A stretch of DNA of 55,418 nucleotides, taken from positions 1 to 55,418 of the forward strand of contig JBHHZP010000002.1 in assembly GCA_046758085.1 (NCBI GenBank). The letters run 5' to 3'. Made by a program: the position numbers and the translations under genes. How positions within the stretch are numbered: the first letter of the stretch is position 1; each line of letters starts with the position of its first letter. The notes beneath the pieces were generated by a model. That model was not told the origin of the DNA, ran no database searches, and saw only the letters and a program-made list of their open reading frames with translations. The DNA is from Acidiferrobacterales bacterium (GTDB lineage Bacteria; Pseudomonadota; Gammaproteobacteria; Acidiferrobacterales; SPGG2). Positions 1-11,494 of this stretch are shown in pieces.

Positions 1-211
1 CCCCGCCTGCGGAAAGCGCAGCTACACTTACGGCTTTGAATACGATCCGCTGTGAAACCGGGTGGATTAAGGATTTTTTGTGAATGGACACGCTGCCGAC
101 GAGGCGCCAATTCTTCGGCGATCAGCAAGCAGGTTAGAGCGGCATAGGGTCGTCGTTTCCGTGCTGCGGCTGTGAATCCGGATTGCCGCTGAGGGAGTGG
201 GCCCAGGCAAG

Positions 212-1009
212 TTATTCGATTCGATGCTGCGATCGCGGCGTAAAAGACGCGGATTGCAGGTACAGCGATGTCCCACCCAGCACCAGGAACAGGACTACCC
301 ACTCCCAATTGAAAGCGATGAAGGTGGGTAGCGATACCAGCATCAGGATCACGGCCGTCAGGGACGCGAACGGCTGGAAGCGAAACACGGCCCCCGCCAA
401 CGTGGCAAGAAGCAGAAAGGTCTGAACCATGGTTAAGTCGAGACTGAGGTCGGTCACCGCCGGAATGTTTTCCCACTCGATGTCGAAATCTGGAATGAGC
501 TGGTCGTACCAGGGCGTTTGCTGGTCCGATGCGACCTTCTTGATCGCCGGTACCCGTAGCCAGTCCAGCGGGTAGCGCGTGCCGCCTCCGATCAACAGCT
601 TGAAGAATAGGGTCAGTATGAGGAAATTGACCAGCGCTTGTGGCCAGCGCCAGTGACCGGGCGGCAGCATCCACAACCTGCGGTGATAGGCCAGGGTGAG
701 CACCAATCCGGCGAACAGCGGTTGGTAGTAGTGCTGCGGCAGGCCCAGGCCCAGGTAACCCAAGGCGAGCACGGCGACGCCCAACGCTAGCGGCACCACA
801 GGGTGAAGCGGCTGCGGCGCCCTACGGGGCCACGCCGGCGGCCCACCCGCCAGCCAGGCCAGCTGTGCCTCCACACGGGCGATACGCGCCTTGAGCGCAT
901 CGCGCTCGTCGGCGCGCTTGGTTTGCGTCTTAGCGCCCGTGCGCGGCCGCTGCCGGCCATGGCGCCGGCGGCCCGGGGGACGGCCATCGGATGTGCCTGC
1001 GTCATTCAC
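212..1009 (-). CDS. hypothetical integral membrane protein (Arg-rich N-terminus, short coiled-coil, several TM helices)
   Basis: 265-aa ORF with hydrophobic helices (VVPLALGVAVLALGYLGLGL, FLILTLFFKLLIGGG, VVLFLVLGGTSLYL). No family recognised. Confidence 0.5.
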   Translation of the reverse strand: MNDAGTSDGRPPGRRRHGRQRPRTGAKTQTKRADERDALKARIARVEAQLAWLAGGPPAWPRRAPQPLHPVVPLALGVAVLALGYLGLGLPQHYYQPLFAGLVLTLAYHRRLWMLPPGHWRWPQALVNFLILTLFFKLLIGGGTRYPLDWLRVPAIKKVASDQQTPWYDQLIPDFDIEWENIPAVTDLSLDLTMVQTFLLLATLAGAVFRFQPFASLTAVILMLVSLPTFIAFNWEWVVLFLVLGGTSLYLQSASFTPRSQHRIE

Positions 1010-1296
1010 GAATCGAATCCGGCAAATGGCTCACTTACCCCTCATTATAGCCAATTCGGCACAATTCTTGCTTAGAAAGCCATCAATAACCCGGGCGCCG
1101 GGTGAGCGCTAGGGCCGCGGCCGGGTCACAAACCGCATGGCCATTCGCCTGCTCATACAATATAGCCGCTGCCCGGGGGTGTCGCCTGCGTGCTCACAGG
1201 GGCTCCCGGCACTGCAGTATCTGCCAGGGCTGACAGCTAAGTGTGGGTGAGTAGTATTTAAATTTGATGTATTGCCGCTATTATTGAGTTGAGCAC

Positions 1297-1938
1297 ATGA
1301 TCAAGATCAAGTCGATCACGGATTGGGGGCTGGTCATCGGCGTGGCGCTGATGAGCGTGGGGGCCAATCTCCCTCAAGAGCTGGCGGAGAGCTGGGGCAT
1401 CGACCGTCGTTTTTTGCTCGGCGGCCTGGTGGCACTGGTGGCTGTCGCCCTTGTTCGTTATCTGAAGTTCACCCTAGTTCTGGTGGTCGCTATTCTGGCG
1501 ATCGGCGCTAACCTGCCTGCGGGTATCGCCGCCGAGTTCGGTATTGACCGAAACATCATGACCTTCGCGTTGATCGCAATGGTGATAGTGTCGCTCGCTA
1601 GCCGATTGTTCAAGATACCGACGGGCATCGAGAAACAGAGGACCACAACAAGTCGGCACGGTGCCGTGGCCTTGTTTAACGCCGTTGCCAAGGGCCAGCT
1701 GTCGGTCGCGCAGTCATTAGTGAAGACGGGTGTCAATGTCAACGTCAAAACGCTCGACGGCACGACGCCGTTGATGGCAGCCGCACACAAGGGTTACTCG
1801 GATCTCGCCAAGATCCTGGTGGACTGCGGTGCTGATGTAAACGCCCGTGACCGCAAGGGTAACACCGCCATGATGATCGCATTGAGCCGCGGATACACGC
1901 GCACCGCCGAGTTGCTCAAGGTCGAGGGCGCCAATTAG
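1297..1938 (+). CDS. membrane-anchored ankyrin-repeat protein
   Basis: 213-aa ORF with 3 N-terminal TM segments. C-terminal ankyrin repeats: GVNVNVKTLDGTTPLMAAAHKGYSDLAKILVDCGADVNARDRKGNTAMMIAL. AT-rich promoter-like region upstream. Confidence 0.8.
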   Translation: MIKIKSITDWGLVIGVALMSVGANLPQELAESWGIDRRFLLGGLVALVAVALVRYLKFTLVLVVAILAIGANLPAGIAAEFGIDRNIMTFALIAMVIVSLASRLFKIPTGIEKQRTTTSRHGAVALFNAVAKGQLSVAQSLVKTGVNVNVKTLDGTTPLMAAAHKGYSDLAKILVDCGADVNARDRKGNTAMMIALSRGYTRTAELLKVEGAN

Positions 1939-1979
1939 CACCTTATCCTCTCGCGGCGCGGCGGATCTTGCCGGGGTCT

Positions 1980-2843
1980 TTAGTTTAATGCCGAGGACAA
2001 CAGGCCGCGGTACTTGTTGACCAGCTCACCTTTCCCGCCCAGCAGGTCGAAAACGGCCAGCATATACTTGCGCCCGGCATCGTCGTGGAATCGCCGGTTG
2101 CGTTTAACAATCTCGAGCAAATTACTCAGCGCCGGCTCGTAATCGTTGGCCAGCACCTGGCGGGCACTGAGCTGGCTGAGCGCCTCGCAATTGTCGGGAT
2201 TCGCCGCAATCATTTTTTCCAGCTCTTCGGCCGGTGGCGCGCTGGCGGCGATACGGGCGAACCGGATACGCCCGGCCAATGCCAGCGCCTCAGGTTCGGT
2301 CTTGGCCTGCGCAGACAGCATGCCGTGTACCGCTTGTGCCTCATCCAGCCGGGACTGCTCGACATAGATACTTGCTAGCACGAGCTTGGCACGATCGTTA
2401 ACGGCATCGGCCTCTACGGCACTGCGCAGAAGACTCACCGCCTCGTCGTCTTGTCCGCTACGGTGGGCGACTAGCGCCTTGTCCACAAGCGCATCGGACT
2501 CACGCGCAATGTAGGGATCGATGCAACGCCGGATGGCACTCTCGGGCTGGGCGCCCATGAACTCGGTCACCACTTGGCCGTTGCGGAAGACCTTTACGGT
2601 AGGGAGACTGCGAATGCCGTATTGCTTGGCGAGCTCGCGCTCAACGTCGGTGTCGACCTTGGCCAGGAAAAGCTTGCCGGCGTAGACCTCGGCCAGCCGC
2701 GTGAGCACCGGCGTGAGCATCCGGCATGGCCCGCACCACTCCGCCCAGAAATCCACCAACACCGGAACCTCGCGCGACTTCTCCAGCACCCGCTTGGTGA
2801 AATCTTTTAGGGTAACATTCGCAATGTGTGGTGATGTGCTCAT
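1980..2843 (-). CDS. thioredoxin-domain protein with C-terminal TPR region (YbbN/CnoX-like architecture)
   Basis: FWAEWCGPCRMLTPVL active-site motif followed by a helical-repeat C-terminal half. Start placed at the internal ATG (MSTSPH...); the ORF extends to 2906. Confidence 0.85.
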   Translation of the reverse strand: MSTSPHIANVTLKDFTKRVLEKSREVPVLVDFWAEWCGPCRMLTPVLTRLAEVYAGKLFLAKVDTDVERELAKQYGIRSLPTVKVFRNGQVVTEFMGAQPESAIRRCIDPYIARESDALVDKALVAHRSGQDDEAVSLLRSAVEADAVNDRAKLVLASIYVEQSRLDEAQAVHGMLSAQAKTEPEALALAGRIRFARIAASAPPAEELEKMIAANPDNCEALSQLSARQVLANDYEPALSNLLEIVKRNRRFHDDAGRKYMLAVFDLLGGKGELVNKYRGLLSSALN

Positions 2844-2938
2844 CTGGGGCTTTTTAACGTCGCGGCAAACGCGCCGGCGAAAAAGAATCTGCGACCGACT
2901 TGCCAATATTTCAAGACTGGCGTAAATACAAGGCGGGT

Positions 2939-3014
2939 TGGCGCTCCCTAGGGGACTCGAACCCCTGTTACCGGCGTGAGAGGCCGGCGTCCTAGGCCAC
3001 TAGACGAAGGGAGC
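2939..3014 (-). tRNA. tRNA-Glu (anticodon CUC)
   Basis: The reverse complement GCTCCCTTCGTCTAGTGGCCTAGGACGCCGGCCTCTCACGCCGGTAACAGGGGTTCGAGTCCCCTAGGGAGCGCCA folds as a cloverleaf. It has a 7-bp acceptor stem, anticodon loop CTCTCAC, a TTCGAGT T-loop and an encoded CCA. Confidence 0.9.
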
Positions 3015-3018
3015 AGAT

Positions 3019-4410
3019 GTGCACAAACATGCGCCGAGCATGCACAACGAAACCTATTATACGGATGGGTACAAATTGAACAACAAAACGACTGGGTTAT
3101 CGGCGGTTCGCACAGGGGATGGAGAGACCGCCCCCCTCAGCATCCCTTGTTCCGCACATCCCATCTCCCGCGCGCAGATTCATCGCAACGCACTGAAGGT
3201 CCTCAATACGCTAAAAGAGGCCGGTTTCGTCGCCTATCTAGTCGGTGGTTGTGTGCGTGACTTGCTGCTGGGGCGCGAGCCCAAGGATTTCGATGTGGTA
3301 ACGGACGCGCGCCCGGAGGAAGTGCGCAAGCTTTTCCGTAACGCGCGCCTGATCGGGCGGCGGTTTCGCCTGGCGCATGTGCGCTTCGGGCGCGAAATCA
3401 TCGAGGTGGCGACGTTCCGTGCCATCCCCAGGGAGGCGCGCGCGGGGGCGCGTGAAGCGCGCACCGCCGCAGGCCGAATCCTGCAGGACAATGTTTTCGG
3501 GACCGAGGAAGAGGACGCGCTGCGACGGGATTTTACGGTCAACGCCCTCTACTACGATGTCCGCGACTATTCGGTTGTCGATTATGTCAACGGCGTCCAG
3601 GATCTGAAGCAGGGGGTCTTGCGAGTCATTGGGGATCCGGAAACGCGCTATCGCGAAGACCCCGTACGCTTGTTGCGAGCTGTTCGTTTCGCGGCAAAGC
3701 TGGGATTCAAGATCGAGCCGGCAAGTGCCGCACCCATTCGCGAACTCGGTTACTTGCTTGTGGACGTCCCGCCCGCGCGCATGTTCGAGGAACTCATCAA
3801 GCTGTTCCACGGTGGTTACGGGCTGGAGACCTACGAGCTTTTGCGAACATATGACCTGTTCAAGTACATTTTCCCACTGACCGAGGACGCGCTGAGTGCT
3901 GAGCAGGAAGGCTACCCGTTAACGCTCGTGCCGCGCGCCTTGGCTAACACCGATGCGCGTGTGCAGCAAGGAAAGCCTGTGACACCGGCATTCCTGTTTG
4001 CGGCGATGCTGTGGGAGCCGGTGCGCCACCAGGTCGAAAGCCGGATTGCGCAAGGCCATAAGCGATATATCGCTATGCAGCTTGCGGCTAATGACGTGCT
4101 GTCCACGCAGGCGCAGCGTGTCGCGCTACCGAGACGTTTCAGTGTGATGGCGCGAGACATCTGGGCGCTGCAATCGAGGTTTGAGCGCCGCAGCGGCAAG
4201 CAGGCCCTTCGTTTCCTGGAGCACCGGCGTTTTCGCGCCGCCTACGATTTCCTGTTACTGCGGGTCGAAGCTGGCGAGGAGCATTCCGAGCTCGGTCAGT
4301 GGTGGACTCAGATTCAGGAAGTCCACGAGGCAGGGCGCCGCGCGATGATTAATCAGCTTACGCCCGCGCGCAAACGTAAGCGCAGGCGCCGTCAGAAGAG
4401 CCAACCATGA
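3019..4410 (+). CDS. pcnB: poly(A) polymerase I
   Basis: LVGGCVRDLLLGREPKDFDVVTDARPEEV nucleotidyltransferase motif, RDFTVNALYYD, basic C-terminal tail. Start uncertain (GTG 3019, ATG 3040, or a non-canonical start further in). Confidence 0.9.
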   Translation: MHKHAPSMHNETYYTDGYKLNNKTTGLSAVRTGDGETAPLSIPCSAHPISRAQIHRNALKVLNTLKEAGFVAYLVGGCVRDLLLGREPKDFDVVTDARPEEVRKLFRNARLIGRRFRLAHVRFGREIIEVATFRAIPREARAGAREARTAAGRILQDNVFGTEEEDALRRDFTVNALYYDVRDYSVVDYVNGVQDLKQGVLRVIGDPETRYREDPVRLLRAVRFAAKLGFKIEPASAAPIRELGYLLVDVPPARMFEELIKLFHGGYGLETYELLRTYDLFKYIFPLTEDALSAEQEGYPLTLVPRALANTDARVQQGKPVTPAFLFAAMLWEPVRHQVESRIAQGHKRYIAMQLAANDVLSTQAQRVALPRRFSVMARDIWALQSRFERRSGKQALRFLEHRRFRAAYDFLLLRVEAGEEHSELGQWWTQIQEVHEAGRRAMINQLTPARKRKRRRRQKSQP

Positions 4411-4940
4411 AGGAGCGCGCGCCACGAGTGATCCGGCGCGCCTACGTTGCGCTGGGCAGTAACTGCGGTGACCCCGTGGCCAGGGTTCGAGCAGGCATGA
4501 CGGCATTGGGGCGATTACCACAGACCCGGGTGGAGCGCTGCTCCTCGCTTTACCGTACGGCGCCGATGGGTCCCGTGATTGACCAGCCGGACTTTATCAA
4601 TGCCGTGTGTCGCATTAAGACGGAGTTGGACGCTAACGCATTGATGAAACGCCTGCTTGAAATCGAGGCACGACACGGACGTGTGCGTGAGGGAGAGCCC
4701 GGTGGCCCACGTACCCTGGATCTCGACTTTTTGATGATCGATCATCAGGTCATCGCCACGCCGGAGCTTACCTTGCCTCATCCAAGACTCCACGAACGCG
4801 CGTTCGTCCTGTATCCTTTGGCCGAACTCGATCCGGACCTTGTCATTCCTGGTCATGGTGGCGTCACGGAGCTCCTGGGAGCGTGTTGCGATCAACGTGT
4901 CCAGAGACTCGCGCAGGCAGCATCAGCTGACAATTCATAG
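4407..4940 (+). CDS. folK: 2-amino-4-hydroxy-6-hydroxymethyldihydropteridine pyrophosphokinase
   Basis: AYVALGSNCGDP, LYRTAPMGP..QPDFINAV, PRTLDLDFL, LTLPHPRLHERAFVLYPL. The ATGA overlaps the pcnB stop. Confidence 0.9.
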   Translation: MKERAPRVIRRAYVALGSNCGDPVARVRAGMTALGRLPQTRVERCSSLYRTAPMGPVIDQPDFINAVCRIKTELDANALMKRLLEIEARHGRVREGEPGGPRTLDLDFLMIDHQVIATPELTLPHPRLHERAFVLYPLAELDPDLVIPGHGGVTELLGACCDQRVQRLAQAASADNS

Positions 4941-4996
4941 CACACCGCCCCGGCGCTGGGTGCGCCACGTTGATTGAATCTTAGGCTGCTGAAAGC

Positions 4997-5641
4997 ATGA
5001 AGAGCGGAGCCCCCAGATACTTGGCGGTAGAAGGCCCCATCGGCGTGGGCAAGACCAGTCTGGCCCGCCGGCTGGCGGACGCCTTCGGCACCGAGCCGGT
5101 GCTCGAGCGACCGGAAGAAAACCCTTTCCTGGAGCGATTCTATCAAGCACGGGCACGCTTTGCGTTGCCGACGCAGTTATTCTTTTTGTTCCAGCGCGCA
5201 CGCCAGATACAGGAACTGAAGCAAAGCGATATGTTTCGACCGGGTTACGTCGCGGATTTCATGCTTGAAAAAGATACGCTGTTCGCGCGGGTTAATCTTG
5301 CCGATGACGAGCTCAGGCTGTACGAGCAGGTCTATGCACAGCTGCGCCTCGATCTTCCCGTTCCCGACCAGGTGGTTTATCTGCAGGCACCTGTGGATGT
5401 GCTAATGGAGCGAATCCGAAAGCGTGATTTAGGATACGAGCATCTGATCGACAAGGCCTATCTACAAGAAGTGGTCGATGCCTATACGCAGTTTTTCTAT
5501 CATTACATCGCAGCGCCTCTTCTTGTTGTCAATACTGCCGAGATAAACTTCGTTGACAGCGACAAGGATTTTACGGTTCTCGTAGAACATATCCGCAAGC
5601 ATCGCAGCGGACGACATTTCTTTAATCCACTGGTGACCTGA
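4997..5641 (+). CDS. deoxynucleoside kinase family protein
   Basis: P-loop LAVEGPIGVGKTSLARRLA with dNK-like length and layout. Sits between folK and panB. Confidence 0.75.
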   Translation: MKSGAPRYLAVEGPIGVGKTSLARRLADAFGTEPVLERPEENPFLERFYQARARFALPTQLFFLFQRARQIQELKQSDMFRPGYVADFMLEKDTLFARVNLADDELRLYEQVYAQLRLDLPVPDQVVYLQAPVDVLMERIRKRDLGYEHLIDKAYLQEVVDAYTQFFYHYIAAPLLVVNTAEINFVDSDKDFTVLVEHIRKHRSGRHFFNPLVT

Positions 5642-5643
5642 CG

Positions 5644-6450
5644 ATGAAGCCGGTAACGATCGTATCTCTGGTCGCGATGAAAAACGCAGGTGAAAAGATC
5701 ACTTCCCTGACGGCATACGATTATAGTTTTGCAAATCTGCTTGATCGGGCGGGGATTGAGGTCATTATTGTCGGCGACTCGCTGGGAATGGTGTTACAGG
5801 GCCACGACAATACCCTACCCGTGACCCTTAACGACATGGTCTATCATAGTGCCTGTGTCGCGCGCGGATGCCAGCGCGCCCTGATCGTGGTGGACATGCC
5901 GTTCATGACCTATCACGTCAACCGCGAGCAGGCACTGGTCAATGCAGGGCGCCTGATGCAAGAGGGACGCGCGCATGTGGTGAAGATCGAAGGCGGAACC
6001 GAGATTGTCGATACCGTGCGATTCCTCACTGAGCGCGGGGTCCCCGTTTGTGGGCACGTTGGCCTGACCCCACAGGCGGTGCATCAGCTGGGGGGTTACA
6101 AGGTCCAGGGACGCGATACGGAGTCGGCCGAGCGCCTGCGCGGTGAGGCACACGCCCTGCAGGATGCAGGTGCAGGCTTACTGGTGCTCGAGGCAATACC
6201 GCTTGGCCTTGCCAGGAGCATTAGCGCCGAGCTCGCAATCCCGACGATCGGAATCGGGGCCGGGCCTGACTGTGACGGCCAGGTGCTGGTGCTGCAAGAC
6301 ATTCTCGGTATCTATCCGCGGCCAAGCCCGAAGTTTTCCAAGAATTTCATGCACGCAAGCGACAGCATAGAGGGCGCGGTCAAGGCTTTCATTGCGGCGG
6401 TACGTGACGGGAGCTTTCCCGGGCCGGAGCACAGCTTTCAAGATCGGTGA
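5644..6450 (+). CDS. panB: 3-methyl-2-oxobutanoate hydroxymethyltransferase
   Basis: LTAYDYSFANLLDRAGIEVIIVGDSLGMVLQGHDNTLPVTL, VVDMPF, KIEGG, GHVGLTPQ. Confidence 0.95.
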   Translation: MKPVTIVSLVAMKNAGEKITSLTAYDYSFANLLDRAGIEVIIVGDSLGMVLQGHDNTLPVTLNDMVYHSACVARGCQRALIVVDMPFMTYHVNREQALVNAGRLMQEGRAHVVKIEGGTEIVDTVRFLTERGVPVCGHVGLTPQAVHQLGGYKVQGRDTESAERLRGEAHALQDAGAGLLVLEAIPLGLARSISAELAIPTIGIGAGPDCDGQVLVLQDILGIYPRPSPKFSKNFMHASDSIEGAVKAFIAAVRDGSFPGPEHSFQDR

Positions 6451-6627
6451 TCGGAGGGCGTTCTGTTAGCGGTGTTACTAAGCGGAGCCTAAAGATGTTT
6501 GGATCGTCCCTCGCGCCTGCCTGTGCGTCGCAGGCAGACAGGTTGCACACGGGCATCCTGCCCAGGCCAAGAGCATACATAGCCCAGTGCAAACACATGT
6601 GCGCTCAGCCAAATAGGTATGGAATTC

Positions 6628-6714
6628 TGGTGCCGGGAGAGAGACTCGAACTCTCATGAGGTTGCCCCCACTGGATTTTGAGTCCAGCGCGTCTACCAGT
6701 TCCGCCATCCCGGC
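6628..6714 (-). tRNA. tRNA-Leu (anticodon CAA)
   Basis: The reverse complement GCCGGGATGGCGGAACTGGTAGACGCGCTGGACTCAAAATCCAGTGGGGGCAACCTCATGAGAGTTCGAGTCTCTCTCCCGGCACCA is a class II tRNA with a long variable arm and anticodon loop CTCAAAA. Confidence 0.9.
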
Positions 6715-6807
6715 GGCGGGCGGGTAGTATAAACGATTCTTCGCTGCAAGCGACACAACGGCTATAAAGAGAAATCTGCTACCGGTTCCTGGTAACTTGC
6801 CCACTCG

Positions 6808-7833
6808 ATGCGAACCGCAGACTTCGATTACGATCTGCCGGAGGCCCTGATCGCGCAGTATCCGGCTGAGCCGCGCTCGGCCAGTCGCTTGCTGGCGCTA
6901 AACGGTCAGACGGGCGAGATCCGGGATCTGCAATTTGTTGAGCTAGCGAACGTCGTAGCTCCCGCTGATCTATTGGTGTTCAATAATACGCGCGTGATTC
7001 CGGCCCGTCTCTTCGGGCGCAAGGAAAGCGGGGGGCTCATAGAGGTATTGATCGAACGTATTCTCGATGCCCACCGAGTGCTGGCGCAGGTGCGGGCGAG
7101 CAAGCCGCTGCACGCGGGTGGGCGGGTGCTGCTGGAAGAGGACGCGACGGCGCGCGTTATCGCACGTCGGGGTAGTTTTTACGAGCTTCGACTCGAGCAC
7201 CCGGAGCCGGTAACGGGCATCCTGGAGCGCATCGGGCATGTACCCTTGCCGCCGTACATCATGCGGCCGGACGCCGCCGTTGACCGCAAGCGTTATCAGG
7301 CGATCTACGCCGACGTCCCGGGTGCCGTGGCGGCGCCCACCGCGGGTTTGCATTTCGATAATGCCATGTTTGCCCGTCTAAGATCGGCCGGGGTGGAGAT
7401 CGCGTTTGTGACGTTGCACATCGGTGCGGGAACGTTTCAGCCTGTGCGTGCGCAAGACGTTCGCGATCACCGTATGCACAGCGAGTATGTCGAGATCGAC
7501 GAGCGCGTCACGACACGCATCGGCGCGGCCAGGGCTCGCGGTGGCCGTATCATAGCGGTGGGCACGACCGTAGTGCGTGCACTTGAAACGGCGGCACGAC
7601 GAGGCCCAATCGATCGGTTTGCCGGCGAGAGTGATCTTTTCATCTATCCCGGATATCGGTTTCAGGTAGTCGATGCGATGTTGACGAATTTTCATTTGCC
7701 TAGGTCCAGCCTCTTGATGCTCGTCTGTGCATTCGCCGGCACCGCCCACGTCCTAAGGGCCTACCGCCATGCCGTGGAGCAATGCTACCGTTTCTTCAGT
7801 TATGGTGACGCGATGTTTGTAACACCGCAAGAA

Positions 7834-7848
<15 letters not shown>
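6808..7848 (+). CDS. queA: S-adenosylmethionine:tRNA ribosyltransferase-isomerase
   Basis: MRTADFDYDLPEALIAQYP, PLPPYI, AAPTAGLHF, GTTVVRALE. The last codons fall inside a heptamer repeat array. Confidence 0.95.
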
Positions 7849-9051
<1,203 letters not shown>

Positions 9052-9108
9052 GGACGCGTCGCTCACGATTAGCCACACAATGTCATCGAAAATCTGAAAG
9101 GAAATGTC

Positions 9109-9447
9109 ATGAATCTATTGCTATCTGAAGCCTGGGCGCAGGGTGCCGGCGGCGCCGGCGGAGGGCCCGGCTTTGGCCTGTTGTTCTGGATGGTGCTGTT
9201 TTTCGCCATCTTCTACTTTATGGCCATTCGTCCGCAGCAAAAGCGCGCGAAGGAGCATAAGTCCATGATTGCGGCGCTATCGAAGGGTGACGAGGTCGTG
9301 ACAAACGGCGGCACACTGGGACGGGTTACGCACGTGGGCGAGCAATTCCTGACTCTGGAGGTCGCCGAAGGTGTCTCCATAAAAGTGCAGAAGGGCTCTA
9401 TCGCCGCGATCATGCCGAAAGGCACGATCAAATCTACCTCGTCGTAA
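9109..9447 (+). CDS. yajC: preprotein translocase subunit YajC
   Basis: FFAIFYFMAIRPQQKRAKEHKSMIAALSKGDEVVTNGGTLGRV. Confidence 0.9.
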   Translation: MNLLLSEAWAQGAGGAGGGPGFGLLFWMVLFFAIFYFMAIRPQQKRAKEHKSMIAALSKGDEVVTNGGTLGRVTHVGEQFLTLEVAEGVSIKVQKGSIAAIMPKGTIKSTSS

Positions 9448-9601
9448 CACCGGCTCCGGATACACGCGCGATCGTGGTCGTTGCGAGAACGGTGCACTTG
9501 CCGTGACCGGTGACACGCATGATTGACTGGAATCTCAATGCAAAGGTACGGATTGTTGTGAAAGATTGGTTTTTCAAAAGCGAAAGCCGGGCGCAGTCCC
9601 T

Positions 9602-11482
9602 ATGAACCGGTATCCGCTGTGGAAGAATTTGTTGATCCTCGCCGTTTTGGTGGGCGGATTGATCTATGCGCTGCCCAATTTCTATGGTGAAGATCCCGCT
9701 ATTCAGATCTCCTCGTCGCGGCAAAGGGTCGATGTTGCAACGCTTACCCGGGTCGAGGAAAGCCTGCACAAAGCCGGTGTGCGCTTTACCTCATCCGAGC
9801 TCGACGAGCAGGGCGCAAAGATCCGTTTTGCCGATACCGACACCCAACTGAAGGCGCGGGATCTGGTGCATAAGCTACTTGGGGACACGTATACAGTCGC
9901 GCTTAACTTATTGCCCGCGACGCCAGACTTCCTGGCCGCGCTCGGTGCCAAGCCCATGTACCTGGGACTGGATCTGCGCGGCGGCGTTCATTTTCTGATG
10001 CAAATGGATATGGATGCGGTAATAAAGAAAGAGGAGGAGAGCCTGGTTGGGGGGTTGAAAGGAGTCTTGCGCGAAAGCCGGGTGCGTTATCTAACCGTAA
10101 GGCGCCGGGATCAGGGCGGTCTGGAAATGCGCTTTCGCAGCGTCGCCGACCGCGATAAAGCGCGCGCGAGCATTGTTGGCGAGCTGCCGGAGCTTAAGCT
10201 CACCGACGTAGACCGTGCCGAGGGGCCTGTGATTATCGCGAAATTAAACGAGCAAACGCTGCGCCAGCGGAATGAAGCGGCGCTCGAGCAGAACATGACC
10301 TCGCTGCGCAATCGCGTCAACGAGCTCGGGGTAGCAGAGCCGATCATCCAGCAACAGGGCGCCTCGCGCATTGTCGTGCAGTTACCGGGTGTGCAGGACA
10401 CCGCGGAGGCCAAGCGCATACTGGGACGAACCGCAACCCTGGAAATCAGGATGGTGGACGAAGAGAATGACGTGGCCAGCGCCGTCGCCGGTCGGGTGCC
10501 ACCGGGTTCCAGGCTCTATCGAACCCGCGAGGGTGGCCGTATCCTGTTGAAGAAACGATTGGTCTACTCCGGCGATAACATCGTCGATGCCTCCCCCAAT
10601 TTTGACAGTCGCACCAACGAGCCCATTGTCTCCATCACCCTGGACGCTCGCGGGGCCGCCATCAATCAGCGGGTGACCGGAAAAAACGTAGGCAAGCGTA
10701 TGGGTGTGGTCTATGTCGAAGTACGCTCGGAGATCAAACGCGACAAGAACGGCGATCCCGTGCTGGATGAAAACGGTGAACCCGTGCGGGTCAAGCGGCG
10801 ATTCGAGGAGGTCATTACTGCGCCCGTGATCAGGTCGCAGCTCGGAAAACGCTTCCAGATCGAGGGCGCATTTACCGTCGAGGAGGCCAACGAGCTTGCA
10901 TTGTTGTTGCGCGCCGGCGCACTGGCGGCACCGATCGAAATCGTCGAAGAGCGCACGGTCGGTCCCAGCCTCGGACACGACAACATCCGGCAAGGCTTCC
11001 AGGCGATCGCGGTCGGTTTTGTTGCGGTGTTGATATTCATGGTGGTGTACTACCGTGCCTTCGGGGCCATAGCCGATCTGGCGCTGGCGTTTAACCTGGT
11101 GCTGATCGTGGCCATCTTGTCGTTGTTTCAGGCCACACTAACGCTCCCCGGCGTGGCCGGAATCCTGTTGACTGTCGGTATGGCGGTCGACGCGAATGTG
11201 CTGATCTTCGAGCGTATCCGCGAGGAGCTGCGTGCCGGCAATACGCCGCAGGCGAGCATCCACGCAGGCTATGAAAAGGCCTTGGGCACCATTGCTGACG
11301 CCAACATCACCACCTTGATAGCTGCGGTAATGCTCTTTAATTTCGGCACCGGGCCGATCAAAGGATTCGCCATTACGTTAAGCATCGGTATCCTGTCGTC
11401 CATGTTTACCGCCATCCTCGGTTCACGGGCGCTGGCCAATCTCATATTCGGCGGGCGACGTTTGCGCACGTTGCCTGTCTAG
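9602..11482 (+). CDS. secD: protein translocase subunit SecD
   Basis: MNRYPLWKNLLIL, LGLDLRGGVHF, C-terminal 6-TM domain with GILLTVGMAVDANVLIFERIREE. Confidence 0.95.
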   Translation: MNRYPLWKNLLILAVLVGGLIYALPNFYGEDPAIQISSSRQRVDVATLTRVEESLHKAGVRFTSSELDEQGAKIRFADTDTQLKARDLVHKLLGDTYTVALNLLPATPDFLAALGAKPMYLGLDLRGGVHFLMQMDMDAVIKKEEESLVGGLKGVLRESRVRYLTVRRRDQGGLEMRFRSVADRDKARASIVGELPELKLTDVDRAEGPVIIAKLNEQTLRQRNEAALEQNMTSLRNRVNELGVAEPIIQQQGASRIVVQLPGVQDTAEAKRILGRTATLEIRMVDEENDVASAVAGRVPPGSRLYRTREGGRILLKKRLVYSGDNIVDASPNFDSRTNEPIVSITLDARGAAINQRVTGKNVGKRMGVVYVEVRSEIKRDKNGDPVLDENGEPVRVKRRFEEVITAPVIRSQLGKRFQIEGAFTVEEANELALLLRAGALAAPIEIVEERTVGPSLGHDNIRQGFQAIAVGFVAVLIFMVVYYRAFGAIADLALAFNLVLIVAILSLFQATLTLPGVAGILLTVGMAVDANVLIFERIREELRAGNTPQASIHAGYEKALGTIADANITTLIAAVMLFNFGTGPIKGFAITLSIGILSSMFTAILGSRALANLIFGGRRLRTLPV

Positions 11483-11494
11483 GAGAGCAGAGGC

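Noticed and set aside
1-55. Possible 3' end of a + strand gene (...PACGKRSYTYGFEYDPL, stop at 53-55)
   Set aside because: Only 17 codons are visible. It cannot be identified or distinguished from non-coding sequence.
6478-6804. 108-aa ORF
   Set aside because: It spans the tRNA-Leu gene on the same strand, and the tRNA cloverleaf explains the sequence.
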